Source: Phoronis australis
Lineage: Eukaryota; Animalia; Phoronida
Length of the DNA stretch: 64,000 nucleotides
NCBI GenBank assembly: GCA_002633005.1
Contig: NMRA01000020.1
Coordinates: 1,211,650 to 1,275,649, forward strand
Direction: 5' to 3'
Under the pieces are notes generated by a model. That model did no database searches and was not told where the DNA came from. It was given only the letters and a program-made list of their open reading frames with translations. This document shows, piece after piece, positions 12,350 through 23,625 of this stretch. The first letter of the stretch is position 1; every line of letters begins with the position of its first letter. The translations under genes and the position numbers were made by a program.

Positions 12350-12670
12350 ATAATTAAGCTTGGAAAAGAATGGCAGTTCATTCCACCGCCGTGTGGTAAC
12401 AAGACGGTGCAGGAAGTGACCTTCTTCAAAATGAAAGTCGGTCGCACAATTTGACAAAAAACTAAACGTAATCGAGTCCAACTTTAAGCCCTCTATCAGT
12501 GAGCGAACCCTTAAGAATTTGTCAATAAAACATAAAAAGGGTGGCCACTTGAATGTCATCAATGGCCACCTACAAGGGTGGGGCACCTCAATATGAAAAT
12601 ATCTATATTTTGAAAAATCAAGAAATGTGCAGGCAATTGATGATATCTGTCAGATCATCAATTTTTCTCA
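12350..12670 (+). repeat. Dispersed repeat, diverged copy at ~35858-36168
   Basis: Both start TTAAGCTTGGAAAA..TGGCAGTT.ATTCCA and end GCAATTGAT.....TCATCAATTTTT. Confidence 0.75.
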
Positions 12671-13655
12671 AGTGATATACAATTCGAGAAAAAAGCGACA
12701 GTTGTCTCCGTTATGGCTTCCCAGAGATGGGCCTGTGGAAAAATGTGGTTTTACTATTGCAAAATTTGACTTATTTATTTAAAAAGACAGCAAATCAATA
12801 CGCTCCGCAAAAAGCTTTGCTTTGCATTTTTTTCAATATGCATATGTGCACGTTTTCAAGTGCGTTTAGATGACCTGTGCTGCGAAAGCGGAGACCCTAA
12901 CAACAGTGTCCTGGGCCCGGTCTCCAATCTCCGAACTCAGACTCGAATCATGCTCAAACATAGTCTATGCTGGCAGCAGGCGTATTGTAATCCCTTGTCG
13001 GCGAGTCATAACAAGCGCTGAAAGCAGTTGCGGGAAAAGTCGTGTGAGAAGTTTGTGCTGCCCTTATTTCGGTATGTGTGCCTACGTTTTGTAGGGTTTC
13101 CAAAAGACGAGGAGGGGAGGGAAGTTAAAAAAAGTTCGCTTCCCTGTCAGGTACATTTCTCATCATAACTTAGTCATCTATAATTCCTCAATCCCCAAAT
13201 GGAATTCCAGATTTTATTTGCCGATTTCTAAGTAGACGTCTCGTCCCGTTCACTGCCACTGGTGAACTCTGAATGCCTGCACAAGTATTGTTTTTTAACT
13301 CACGTGCCAAATGTTACTCACTTGATACATCCCGGTAAAATTCAAAGATACAGTATCAAAGTTTGAAATCAGCGTAGGCCTACACAGCAATGGGTTTTAT
13401 GTCAAGACTTAATTAGCAACAGAGAGGTGATGTGATAAGCTGTTACATATTTCTTAAGACAATTTCGGGACTGGGTGAGGAACTAACTCAAGAAGCAAAG
13501 CTTAATAATTGCCAAATGTATCAAAGAAATTGCATAAGAATATTTATTGAAACTAAAAAATGAATAACAGTTACAGAACACTCAGAATTCCACGTTATAG
13601 ACATACTCTTGTAATTGTAGCGACAGCAGACGATAATGTAGGCCTAGTTCTTGGG

Positions 13656-14993
13656 GCGAAAGGTACCCGCTCACCCAAAACCTTTACGACAAACAGATGG
13701 CGCTTCTCATCAATCACGAGTCATTTTATCGCTCAAATAAGACTGTCTGCCAGAGAATCTTGACCAAGCACTTTGACCTACATTCTGCTGTTGTTGACTG
13801 TAGCAACAGGTCACGAGAGTTCATGAACCAGACAGTGTATGTCCTGATGAGTGGCGAATTTGTGTGGAAAAGAAATCTTTGTGTCCGACATTCCATGTTT
13901 ATAGTGCATGGTTCAGTTCGTTAAATAGATACTATATAAGTTGAAACCACTCTCTTTCGACTTAGTGTTGATAGAACATAAAATAGTACAGACGTTTCTA
14001 CTTGGTGAACCATCAGCTGTCGTGCCACGGCCAGTCCGGTCTGCTAGACTGACGGTTGTTGGCTAACGAGACACTGAATGAAAAAGAAAATATCGCAAGA
14101 GAATAAAACCTAGCATGTATATCACCATGTATAATTCAAGCATAATTTAAAAAATATAGTGGTTATATTTCAACCTAATTAAAATTAGGGTTGTTGAGTT
14201 GCCAAAATCTCGCCGGGCGGAAAAGTGGCCGGGCCCGGTTTAGTCAGCCACCTTAAAAGCTGGCCGGGTGTGGTGGCGACCAGGCTCATGCTTCCCCAAG
14301 GGTTGCAACATTGTAGGCTGCAAATTGTAAGATAAATTTCACCTCACACACTTAGGTTTAGTTTGGCACAAACTTCTGACAGAAAAATACCTGACAGAAT
14401 GTTTAATGTCAGCACTGCATGGGGGAATTATGTAACAGCTAAAAATGAATTATCAAAGCTCTTTATGCATTTTTGACCGAAAGGATTAATTTTGGCATGG
14501 TGAAATGATTTATTTTACGGAGTTTATCGGGTGAACGTTCAAGTACTGACCAATATAGGTTCGCTCAAAAACCAGACGATTGAACAGCAAAAAATCGGTT
14601 TATTTGACCAACTTATATGTCGCCTCACCATGGTCACGTTCATTGAATATATATTTTACCCCAGCGTTTAGGCCGAGCAACCACAACAGCGTAGATTTGA
14701 ACACTTTCATCTTAATTATATGTTATAAATAGTTATTACAAAAGGGGTTATAAACATGGAGTGTCGGACACAAAGATTTATTTTCCACACAAATTCGCTA
14801 CTCATGACATACACTGTCTGGTTCATGTACTCTCGTGACCTGTGGCTACAGTCAGCAGCAGCAGAATCTAGGTAAAGGTTTTTGGTCAAGATTCTCTGGC
14901 AGACAGTCTTATTTGAGCGATAAAATGACACGTGATTGAGGAGAAGCGCCATCTGTTTATCGTAAAGGTTTTGGGTGAGCGGATACCTTTTGC
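13656..14993. mobile_element. Non-autonomous Mutator-like (MULE) element with ~245-bp TIRs and 9-bp TSD
   Basis: TSD GTTCTTGGG at 13647-13655 and 14994-15002. TIRs begin GCGAAAGGTACCCGCTCACC and GCAAAAGGTATCCGCTCACC (13656-13903 vs 14748-14993). Confidence 0.85.
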
Positions 14994-15798
14994 GTTCTTG
15001 GGGTGGTCTATTCCAATAGGGAGCGATGAATCAGCGCGGCTTTGCGTGATTTTGCATTTCACATCATAAAGAGTTCCATAGCAACTCGAGTATGAGTGTC
15101 AAATTTGAGTACGTTTGTTGTCTACTCGAAATACGACATTAGATACGCTTTTTGAGTACGACTCCAGTGAGCACGATTTTGAGTATGAAATCTCGAGTGT
15201 GAGTATGAGTCTGAGTACGGAGATTGGAGATTGGAGACCGGGCACTGGCCAAAGTCCTCCAAAGGTAAACCATACACTGATACAGAGTTGTTAAATATTT
15301 TCTGAAATTTTGCCCTTATCCGCATTTAGCAGTGTCTTTCTTTTCTCGACTGTCCCCGTCCCACGCGTATGTCGGTTGCCACGGTTTAACCCTGACGTCT
15401 GAAAATTTTGGAGGGCCCGTGCCCCCCCCCCCCGGCTCTCCGCTTTCTACGGCCCTGTTTTACAGATATTCTTGAATTTAAGCTGCGTTTCTGTTACTTA
15501 CATTTGTGCATTTAAGACATATTTTACTGAAATTGTTAAAATATACCAATACCATGCTACATGCAGTTATTTCATTATTTATCAAATGTGCCTATGAAAT
15601 CGTGACTTTGGACCATTTCAGGAAAAACGGTTCAGTTTAAAGTGTAATGACAAAAGCTGCCACAAGGCGATGTTTTAAGTAGTAATGAACACTCACAACA
15701 ATGTTAAAGCCTTTAAACAATGAAAAACTTAATTTTGGGAATTATCTTTTCCCAAATTAGTGACATTTTAATGCATTATCTTTGCAAACTTTACATAC

Positions 15799-15991
15799 CT
15801 GTTTAACATTTTTGCAGTATTTCCGATTTACAAAGGACAAATTTAACTTCTGTCTTATTCTCCTGACTGAGGAGGCACTCGTCTTTACGCCAATTATATT
15901 TGCCAGTTCTTGGGATGACATCTTACGATTCCCCTCAGTCAGGCTGACAATTTCCCCCAGCTTAAGCGTAAGAGGTGATGGTCTACCTGGC
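15799..15991 (-). CDS. Tc1-like transposase gene, exon 3 of 5 (GRP linker and second HTH)
   Basis: TTTGTTTCAG|...|GTATGT, 193 nt, phase 2-0. (R)PGRPSPLTLKLGEIVSLTEGNRKMSSQELANIIGVKTSASSVRRIRQKLNL...KQ. Confidence 0.88.
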
Positions 15992-17617
15992 CTGAAACAA
16001 ACATATACACAGTAACAATGCAGCCATTATTCTTCACCTAGAGACCGACTCTGCTTGGCGTCTGCAAAATAAGATTCTCGGATTAACAGCTTGAAGTTGG
16101 AGTGAGGATAGACTTCAGCAAGTTCAACCAGTTAATTCGAAATTCTACACCAAGTACTCCAGGAAACAACATTCCCATCTTGTTTAAGTTTTGTCAAACT
16201 GTTTAAAGATGGGAAACAAGTGGCCACTTCATACGATTCTGTTCCTTAGCTTATTATACACAATTGATGCATCATCAAGTGAAGTTTTTGGAGATTTGAC
16301 AATACTCGCAAATTACTTTAGCCCCTCTGAACTAAAGTTTACAAAAATGGTGCTTTCTATACAAGGCCTTTAGTGAAGAAAGGATCGGTGTTAAATTCCA
16401 CGCCCTGAACAAAGACCAGAGCAATTTTGTGAAAAGGTTCACCTTAAGACAAAACATTTCTGATCTCATCTGGAAGCCCAGCTGCTCTTGTTTAAGGGTC
16501 ACTTGTCAATACAAAATTACTCAGGTCACCTACTCAGATTCTGAAAAATATGTTCAAATTGTTTATTCAAGTTTTTGGCCATTGTTAATTTGAATTAGAG
16601 CATCATGAATAATTTGGCCCAAAATATCGGTAGCTCATTTTTGGCTAAAGAAAAATATATATTTAAAGACACATTGAACCTCTTTATCAGAAGATAGTCC
16701 ATGAATTTCTAAAGGGGTTTCCATTAATCATCACTGGAGAGTAGTAAATTTTGCCAATTTTGTGAAATTGATTTTCAGCCATTTTGAGGTGCTCGTGGGG
16801 TCAGTTTGCAAGGTGCTGATGAGTTCCAATAATAATTATTGTGAGTTTGTTGTCTGACTAAGAAAATAAAAACAAACTTTTTGTTTATTTTTAAGCAACA
16901 GACGATGGAAAAGTGATCATAGTCGGAATTAGTACGTCAACTAAAATGATTCTAAAGGCCATTTGCCACAATAAGTAACTTAAATGTAACATGAAATTTT
17001 TCAGCCATACAGGCTGAACAAAGTATGAAAGTAGATATACACAATTGGTACCATGGGCACTAAGTACCATAAAAGCGTTTCTCCCGAAACTGGAATTTGG
17101 CAAACATGATAATTTAGTCAGTGTGACTGCGATTTTTAGTCGGTGTAAGGCATAATTTGTCGAAAAGATTTCAGCGTATGATGCTACTTTATGAGCAACA
17201 CCATCTCTAGTCAGTTAGAGACAGTGGTCATTGGCTAGCATCGAAGGTGCAGTCTACTGCACAACAGTAAAATTTCACCGACACCAGAAGTTTGAATACA
17301 ATACCGTTGATGAGAAAAGCAGTTTTTTTAACAACACCGCAATGAAAAAAAACAATGGCGTGAAAGCTAGGTCATGGTTCTGATTGATGCATAAATACTA
17401 TGGCGGGAATATTCAATTAATTGTAACTGCGTAATTATGGAACAGCCCTATTCTAGTTTCTTGTGCCAACCCACTTCTACTGGCAACTTAAAATATATAG
17501 GTACTTAGTCTTAGTGCCTAATGCACTGTGTACAATACTAGAAGTAGAACTAATACTTCTAATTGTGCAATAGTTTCCTGAAAATACCTTTGACACAATG
17601 TTGGAGAGAAAATATAC

Positions 17618-17688
17618 CTGCTCCTGTCTGTCAGTAGGCCAGTCTTCATATATCTTTGAGACCACTTGACAATGGTTTTTCTTGATAC
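17618..17688 (-). CDS. Tc1-like transposase gene, exon 2 of 5
   Basis: GTCTTTTAG|...|GTATAT, 71 nt, phase 0-2. VSRKTIVKWSQRYMKTGLLTDRS(R) matches the Tc1 first-HTH recognition helix and ..TG...D..R before GRP. Confidence 0.85.
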
Positions 17689-17827
17689 CTAAAAGACAGT
17701 GGAATGGGCTATTCCTCAGTCACGATGCTAGCAATCACACTGTAGCATTTCCTCAGCAAGGAAGTATCCATTTAAAAGTCATTTGCACAAAATAAAATCT
17801 GACTCTATGATTGGTCAGTTTTGAATT

Positions 17828-17853
<26 letters not shown>
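17828..17853. repeat. (TA)n microsatellite
   Basis: Direct read. Confidence 0.95.
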
Positions 17854-17859
<6 letters not shown>

Positions 17860-20689
17860 CGTGTGTGTAAATAAAATGACAATAGTGCATCAACTAGTTG
17901 ATCACATCCTTTGTCAACAGTTGATGCCCATTGTCTTATTTACACATGGGCAATTCCGTTTACATACATTACACAGGGGTACGTACACTACATTTCAATG
18001 ACATGTCAGATTTGTAACTAAATACTAAGAATCTACTGACAGTTAGTTGATTTACTAAATCAATTCAAAAAGAAAAAATATAAATAAAAAGCAAAGCATT
18101 CATGTGCATATCTGCCATACTTTGAAAATGGGCACAAATTAAGATATGGGAGTACGTAAATGCTAATATTTCACTCAAAACAACTGTATTTGCAATAAAT
18201 ACTCTTTTAACCTAGCATTTTTAAAGAAGGAAACTGTCTGTGACCAATGTTGCTCACTTACGGTAAAGTCGCGTGATTTTCGGGCGACCCGCCATTTTCG
18301 ACCAAGAATAAATATTTCCGAAATGAGTTTTTCATAGTCCACGAAATTCGTACAAGGTCCAAAACTGTTTATCAAAGATCCTCGAATTTCGGACATTGTC
18401 ATAAACGCCGAATTTTGTCCGCGACTTTCGGACAAGGAAAATTTTAGAAATTTGGGATCGACGCAACTCCCGTGTCACTAAAGCGTTCAACGGAACTCTA
18501 TAAGGCTTGAATCTGAGAATCGGTGTAACGGGCTTTGACTATAATTTTTACCTTGTCTTGACGATGTCACGACCGTTACTCGATTGTCTTGCGTTTAGCT
18601 TGTGTTTGGCGCTTTAGCTATGAAAGGAATCACAGAGTCCCGTATGACGAAAATTTCTGATGAAAATACAAATGGGAAATACACCGAAGGCTGCAACTTT
18701 TCGTTGTAGCGTAACATGTGCTCTGGTTTAATTAGACCGTAGTGTTCGACCTCCGACTGTGACTTTGAACTTGCACGCCTGACATCAACTTGCGTTTTTA
18801 CGAAACTTTTATATTTTTAAAACGTCCTGCCCTTTGCAAATGCCCTTGTCAGTGGCTAAAATCTCCCGACGACGTGTCAGGATTGTATCCTTGACGCGAT
18901 GAGAAATATTTTTTGTTTAGGCCCCCATACACAATAGGCCACAGCTAAGTCTGTCCGTGGGATATCGAACGTTCAAAGTAGTTTAGATAGTGAACAGCAG
19001 TAGCCGAATGAGACGGAGCCAAAGTAAAGCTGGATACAAAGCAAACATAATTAAGTCGCACCCCGCGTGAGCCCAACCGAGTGATATTTTAATTTTATGG
19101 CATTTGTAAACATGGGGGTACGTACACTACAAAAGAGGGTACGTACACTACATCACTGTTTCTGCATCACATGGTAACATAATGATGTGTGGCCATTTAT
19201 TTTTCTTTGGTGATAATACGCGTCATGTTGTTATTTAAAAGGCAATAATTTCATTTGCAATGACCATTTGTATTACTGTGTTTCACATGGGGGTACATAC
19301 ATTACCTTTTGTTAGTCTTTTTGGCCCATTTTTAACATAGCAGAACTGATTCAATATCCAAACTTTTGGTTTGTTTAGATATTGAATAATTTGCTGTGTT
19401 GCCTAGGCTGACATATTTTGCAGTTCTTTTTGTTACATAGTGTGAACTTTGGTTTTTAACCTTCTTTATAGTAGGTGAGGGTTAGAAACACAGAATTTAC
19501 AAATTTCGTAACGACTGCCTGTTTTATGATGAACCCTACCATTTCTCAATGATTAAGCACAACTTCATCTAATTGACTCTGAAAGTGACTCATGTTATTC
19601 CCAGTCATATCTAAACAATTGCTTGCTCGATAAAATAAATTTCTTTTCTACTCTTGACAGTTGAAAATTGTTATTTTTAAAATGGCCACTCGTAATGCTA
19701 AAAATGCATGAAATTGATAGGCAAAAATATGCATAAATTTCTTAAACATTGTCCGATTTTGATGATTCTTTTTTTAATTTTCACAACTAAATAACTCCTT
19801 GCATAACGAGATTCAGTTGGAATTTGGTAAGTGACCAAAAAATTATTTTAGACCGTAACACAGTCAAGTCTCGAATATGGACTTTGATTGTGATTTAGCC
19901 AACACCGATATTACAAAGACAGCTTTAAAATTAGGTAGGCCTAATTAAAGTTGCTACAGATCTAAACTTGATTCGTCTTTTGCAATCTCAAAAGTATTTG
20001 CAGAAAAGTTATAGTTCACAATGTCATCTAGTTATTTTTAGTGGAATTCAATTTATTAAAATCAGATAGCTGGACCATATTGATTATAAAACGTAAATGA
20101 AACAAAATGTTAATTAACTGATCATATTGTTTTTTCTGATGCTGCAAATGTCTGCATGTAAACTGTATGTCAGTATGGTGAAACCATAGACTTTACGAGT
20201 TTCTATGGTGACACTTGCCACTTGACCGTGACTTTCCTCTCCTTACTGCCGTCTGCTGGTTTATGTTTATGGGCGTTAGTCTGGCTTGAATAACGGTCAT
20301 GTTAGTGAATGCAACTGGTTCTCTAAATTTGGGTTCATTTTATCCTACTAGTGCCCTTACTCCTCGGTAATTAGCGGAGTTGCAACCGAATCGATTTAAC
20401 GATTGCGCATGTCCGGAAATTAGGGTGCGCAAAGGCTATTGGGATTCATAAGGGTAAATTGAATGGCCAATTGGTTTGCACGACATGTGATTTGTGTGCA
20501 TTAAACTACGTTGCTGTATGCAATTCTGCTCGCCCTAATAAGCGCCCATGCCCCAACAAGTGCCCCAACGCGTTTTCAGACTTTGCTAAAGTAAGCGCTG
20601 AGCCCATGAACTACATGCAAAAAATGCCCTTACCTACAGTTCTAACGTCTCCAATTTATCAATTGAAAGATCCGACAGTCCTGGATTTG

Positions 20690-20940
20690 TAGACCACGAG
20701 CCCCACCGTTATGTCCGTATACACTTCAAACTTACGCCGCGATTCAAAAAAGAACGCATCAGGTTTGCTGCTCTTGCGAGGGATGTGCCCCACTACGCGG
20801 GTGTGGACTTTGAAAAGAGATGCAGCGTACTTGTCAGCGGCTTTGCATTGTTTCTTTCCGGTACAGATCTTCTCCGGCCTCAACAGGAATCCAAACTTCT
20901 TTGTACACGTGAAAACCGTGAATCGAAGACTAATAAAAAA
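20690..20940 (-). pseudogene. Degenerate HIRAN-like domain ORF (TE-associated)
   Basis: SSIHGFHVYKEVWIPVEAGEDL, then after a frameshift DKYAASLF...VVGHIPRK.S...FF. This matches the GYHVYK.W.P..GE.L...D.YAV...VGH.PR pattern. Confidence 0.6.
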
Positions 20941-22014
20941 ATCGACCAGTGTTAGCACGCGGCCAAGAATCGCGCGCTGCATAATGTACCGGCTGTCATC
21001 GAAGACATTTAGTCGGGAACTATCTATTCATGAAACGGGTAACATAGCATCGACAAATAAATATTGGCACTAATTTCCGAAAGTTTCTAATACCGTAAAA
21101 AACTTTTGCATTATTTTTAAGAGAAATTATTTAACTAATCGTAATTGGTGTTTTTAAGGTCAAAATGACCCACTTCGCACCCTTTGCCCCCCAAATCTTC
21201 CGGAAAATAGCTGTTCCACTACGGTCACGCATCCACTCACCCGGCGACTCAATGAGTGACATATCGGTCTTACCGAAAAAAATTCTCGAACGTTTTTTAG
21301 CAGATTAGGCCAGCAAGTGCTAAGCTAAATATTAAAACACGCTCTGCTTGACTGCTTGACTTAATTTCTTTGGATACAATGCACACCTAGATCATTACAT
21401 TACTCTGGCAAACGAACTTTGATGACAAGCACACGCACGCTTACTGTCACATACACGCATACAAACTTCAAAACAATCGTCACGTGACAACAACATGTGT
21501 GTTCCTCCAGAGATTTTTATCGTGTTGCGGTCTACAATCTAGCGCAGATTTGGACTTAATCTGCAGTTAATACAGACTCCACAAGAACTTAAACATCTTA
21601 GAGACGCTATTTGGAAAACTTGAGGAGGATTTCAGGTAATTTGTTGAGTCGAAGCTGTATTCTTATTCAAAAATTCAAGCCCTATCGACGATTGCGAGAC
21701 CGGCAGCTACGCATTTGTCGTCAAGATTTCGCCCTGGGACTTCAACACAATTTTATGAAAAATGATCGTAATTTAACAACGAATTTTGATAGCAATGCAC
21801 CACAATTTTGTAGAAAGTAAATAATGATATTCTGCACGCTTTATCCTAGCGTGTAATACATGTAGTGTGCGTACGTTAATTGAGTTGACCCAGAACAGGT
21901 GATTGTGCAGAGGCATTATCCTCAAAATTGCTCATGTTGGCTTGGTTCTGGTCAAGCGAAAACATTTCTTTTTTCACTACCAACCGCCGTAGAGTATTTT
22001 GTTACTGTTTCTTT

Positions 22015-22260
22015 GAAGGGAGATATTGTTGGGCAGTTTCCAAGATACGTTTTCTTGCCGCCCTCAAAATGAGCGCTGCATACTTTATGCTACCAAGTCG
22101 GAAAGAATTCACGAAGTCGGCCTTTGCTACCAGCTCTACCAATGTCTCTGTCCCATGTTTAACGCAGTTCTTGATCCTTGGGAAACAGGTAGTAACTAAT
22201 TTTTTTATCTCGCTAACTGGTATTATAGCATGCCAGGCACACAACACGTATAACTTCCCT
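22015..22260 (-). pseudogene. Degenerate THAP zinc-finger ORF (DNA-transposon relic)
   Basis: GSYTCCVPG/CYNTS*RDKKISYYLFPKDQELR*TW...FPTW*HKVCSAHFEGGKKTYLGNCPTISP. Shows the C2CH signature, FP, W and PTI box, with 3 stops and a frameshift. Confidence 0.75.
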
Positions 22261-23505
22261 GTGGCCGGTTCGCCCCCACGCTTGCCGACGTACTTGTTTA
22301 CCGGCTTAACCACAATGCAACATTCTGACCCATTTCCAATATGGCGGCGTTGCAACTCCGCTAATAGCACACCCATCCAAGAATTAATACTATCACAAGC
22401 AGACAGTAGTTGTAAACAAGTTAGCCAAGCCAGCAAGACAGCTAGATAGTTGATAAATGCTGAAGCAGACGACTTGGGAATGAAAAGGTACGACACAATA
22501 TTTTTTTGGCATTTGATTGGCTGTTCTGGTCATTTTGCACTGACATATTAGTTGAGGCATGATTTTTAAGTTTTGTTAGAAACTATATGGTTACTTTTTG
22601 TTGTTGAATTATTTGTGAAAATAATCAGCAACTCATGGAAAACTGTGCAAAATTTATTCAGAATACAGTACAGTTCCACTCCAAAGCTTTTAGGAATCAT
22701 TTTCCCACCTACACCTGTATTTCGGGAAAACGTCACTGATAAAATGCATGCAAAATATTATTGTCTTATTAGGTGCGGAGAAATAGGGTGTCCAAGGGTG
22801 TTTACTCCCTCACTGTACATTTTTACTCAGTAATTAACTCACAGTCAATGTTTAATGTAGAATTGTGGTTACACCCACCCAGAAAAGAGTATGAATCCCC
22901 GTCTGCTAGGAGGGCACACCAGTAGAATCGGGTCTGCATGGTTGTTTTAATCCAACGTCGGTAGGCGCATTGACTATACATTACAGGCCTACACAACGGC
23001 CTATATAGTTACAAATAGGACCAGCTACAGATTGTTCTTTCAAGAAAGCGTTTACAAGCGGTACTGTTTCATTATATCGAGTCCCTGGTTTTCGGCTTTC
23101 AAAAATGGTTGTTCAAAAACAGAGAAATCTGTCTCGCCTGAAATTCTTTTTTTTACGTTTTGCATTTTTGCATTTCCCGCTTTACTACTGCAGAAAAGGA
23201 GCACCACCTCATCCAACAATCGGATGAATGCAAAACCTCTTAATTGAACATGCCCGCGGTGTGAAAAGCATTTGTCGATGGACTTTGGTCCACAATGAGT
23301 ATCAGACATCGATTTGATGAATTAGTGCATTGTAATCTTCTTTTGTTACTTTAATGCTGAGAATATTAGAATTTCGGGTTTAGCACTGAAAATATAATTT
23401 CTCCCCGGCGGAAACCTCAGATACCATATTTGAAGTCCGATCTTGTGAATTCCTTCAGTTTTGGCCGTTTTCACGGAAAACCAGACTCTCTAATAAAATA
23501 CGTAC

Positions 23506-23625
23506 CTTCACATCATTCTCTTTCATGAGCCGTTGTTGAATCTGTGATGCACTGAGTCCCTCGCTGTGCAAAGTAGCAATTTTTCGCCGCAAAACAATGC
23601 TCAGTCTCAGGACACGATGTACCAT
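23506..23625 (-). CDS. Tc1-like transposase gene, exon 1 of 5 (start, first HTH)
   Basis: ATG in good context (AAGATGG). MVHRVLRLSIVLRRKIATLHSEGLSASQIQQRLMKENDVK. Donor AAG|GTACGT, phase 0, joins VSRKTIVKW. Confidence 0.82.

Noticed and set aside
21928-22496. Overlapping 173-aa and 164-aa ORFs
   Set aside because: Shadow frames of the disrupted THAP relic in another frame.
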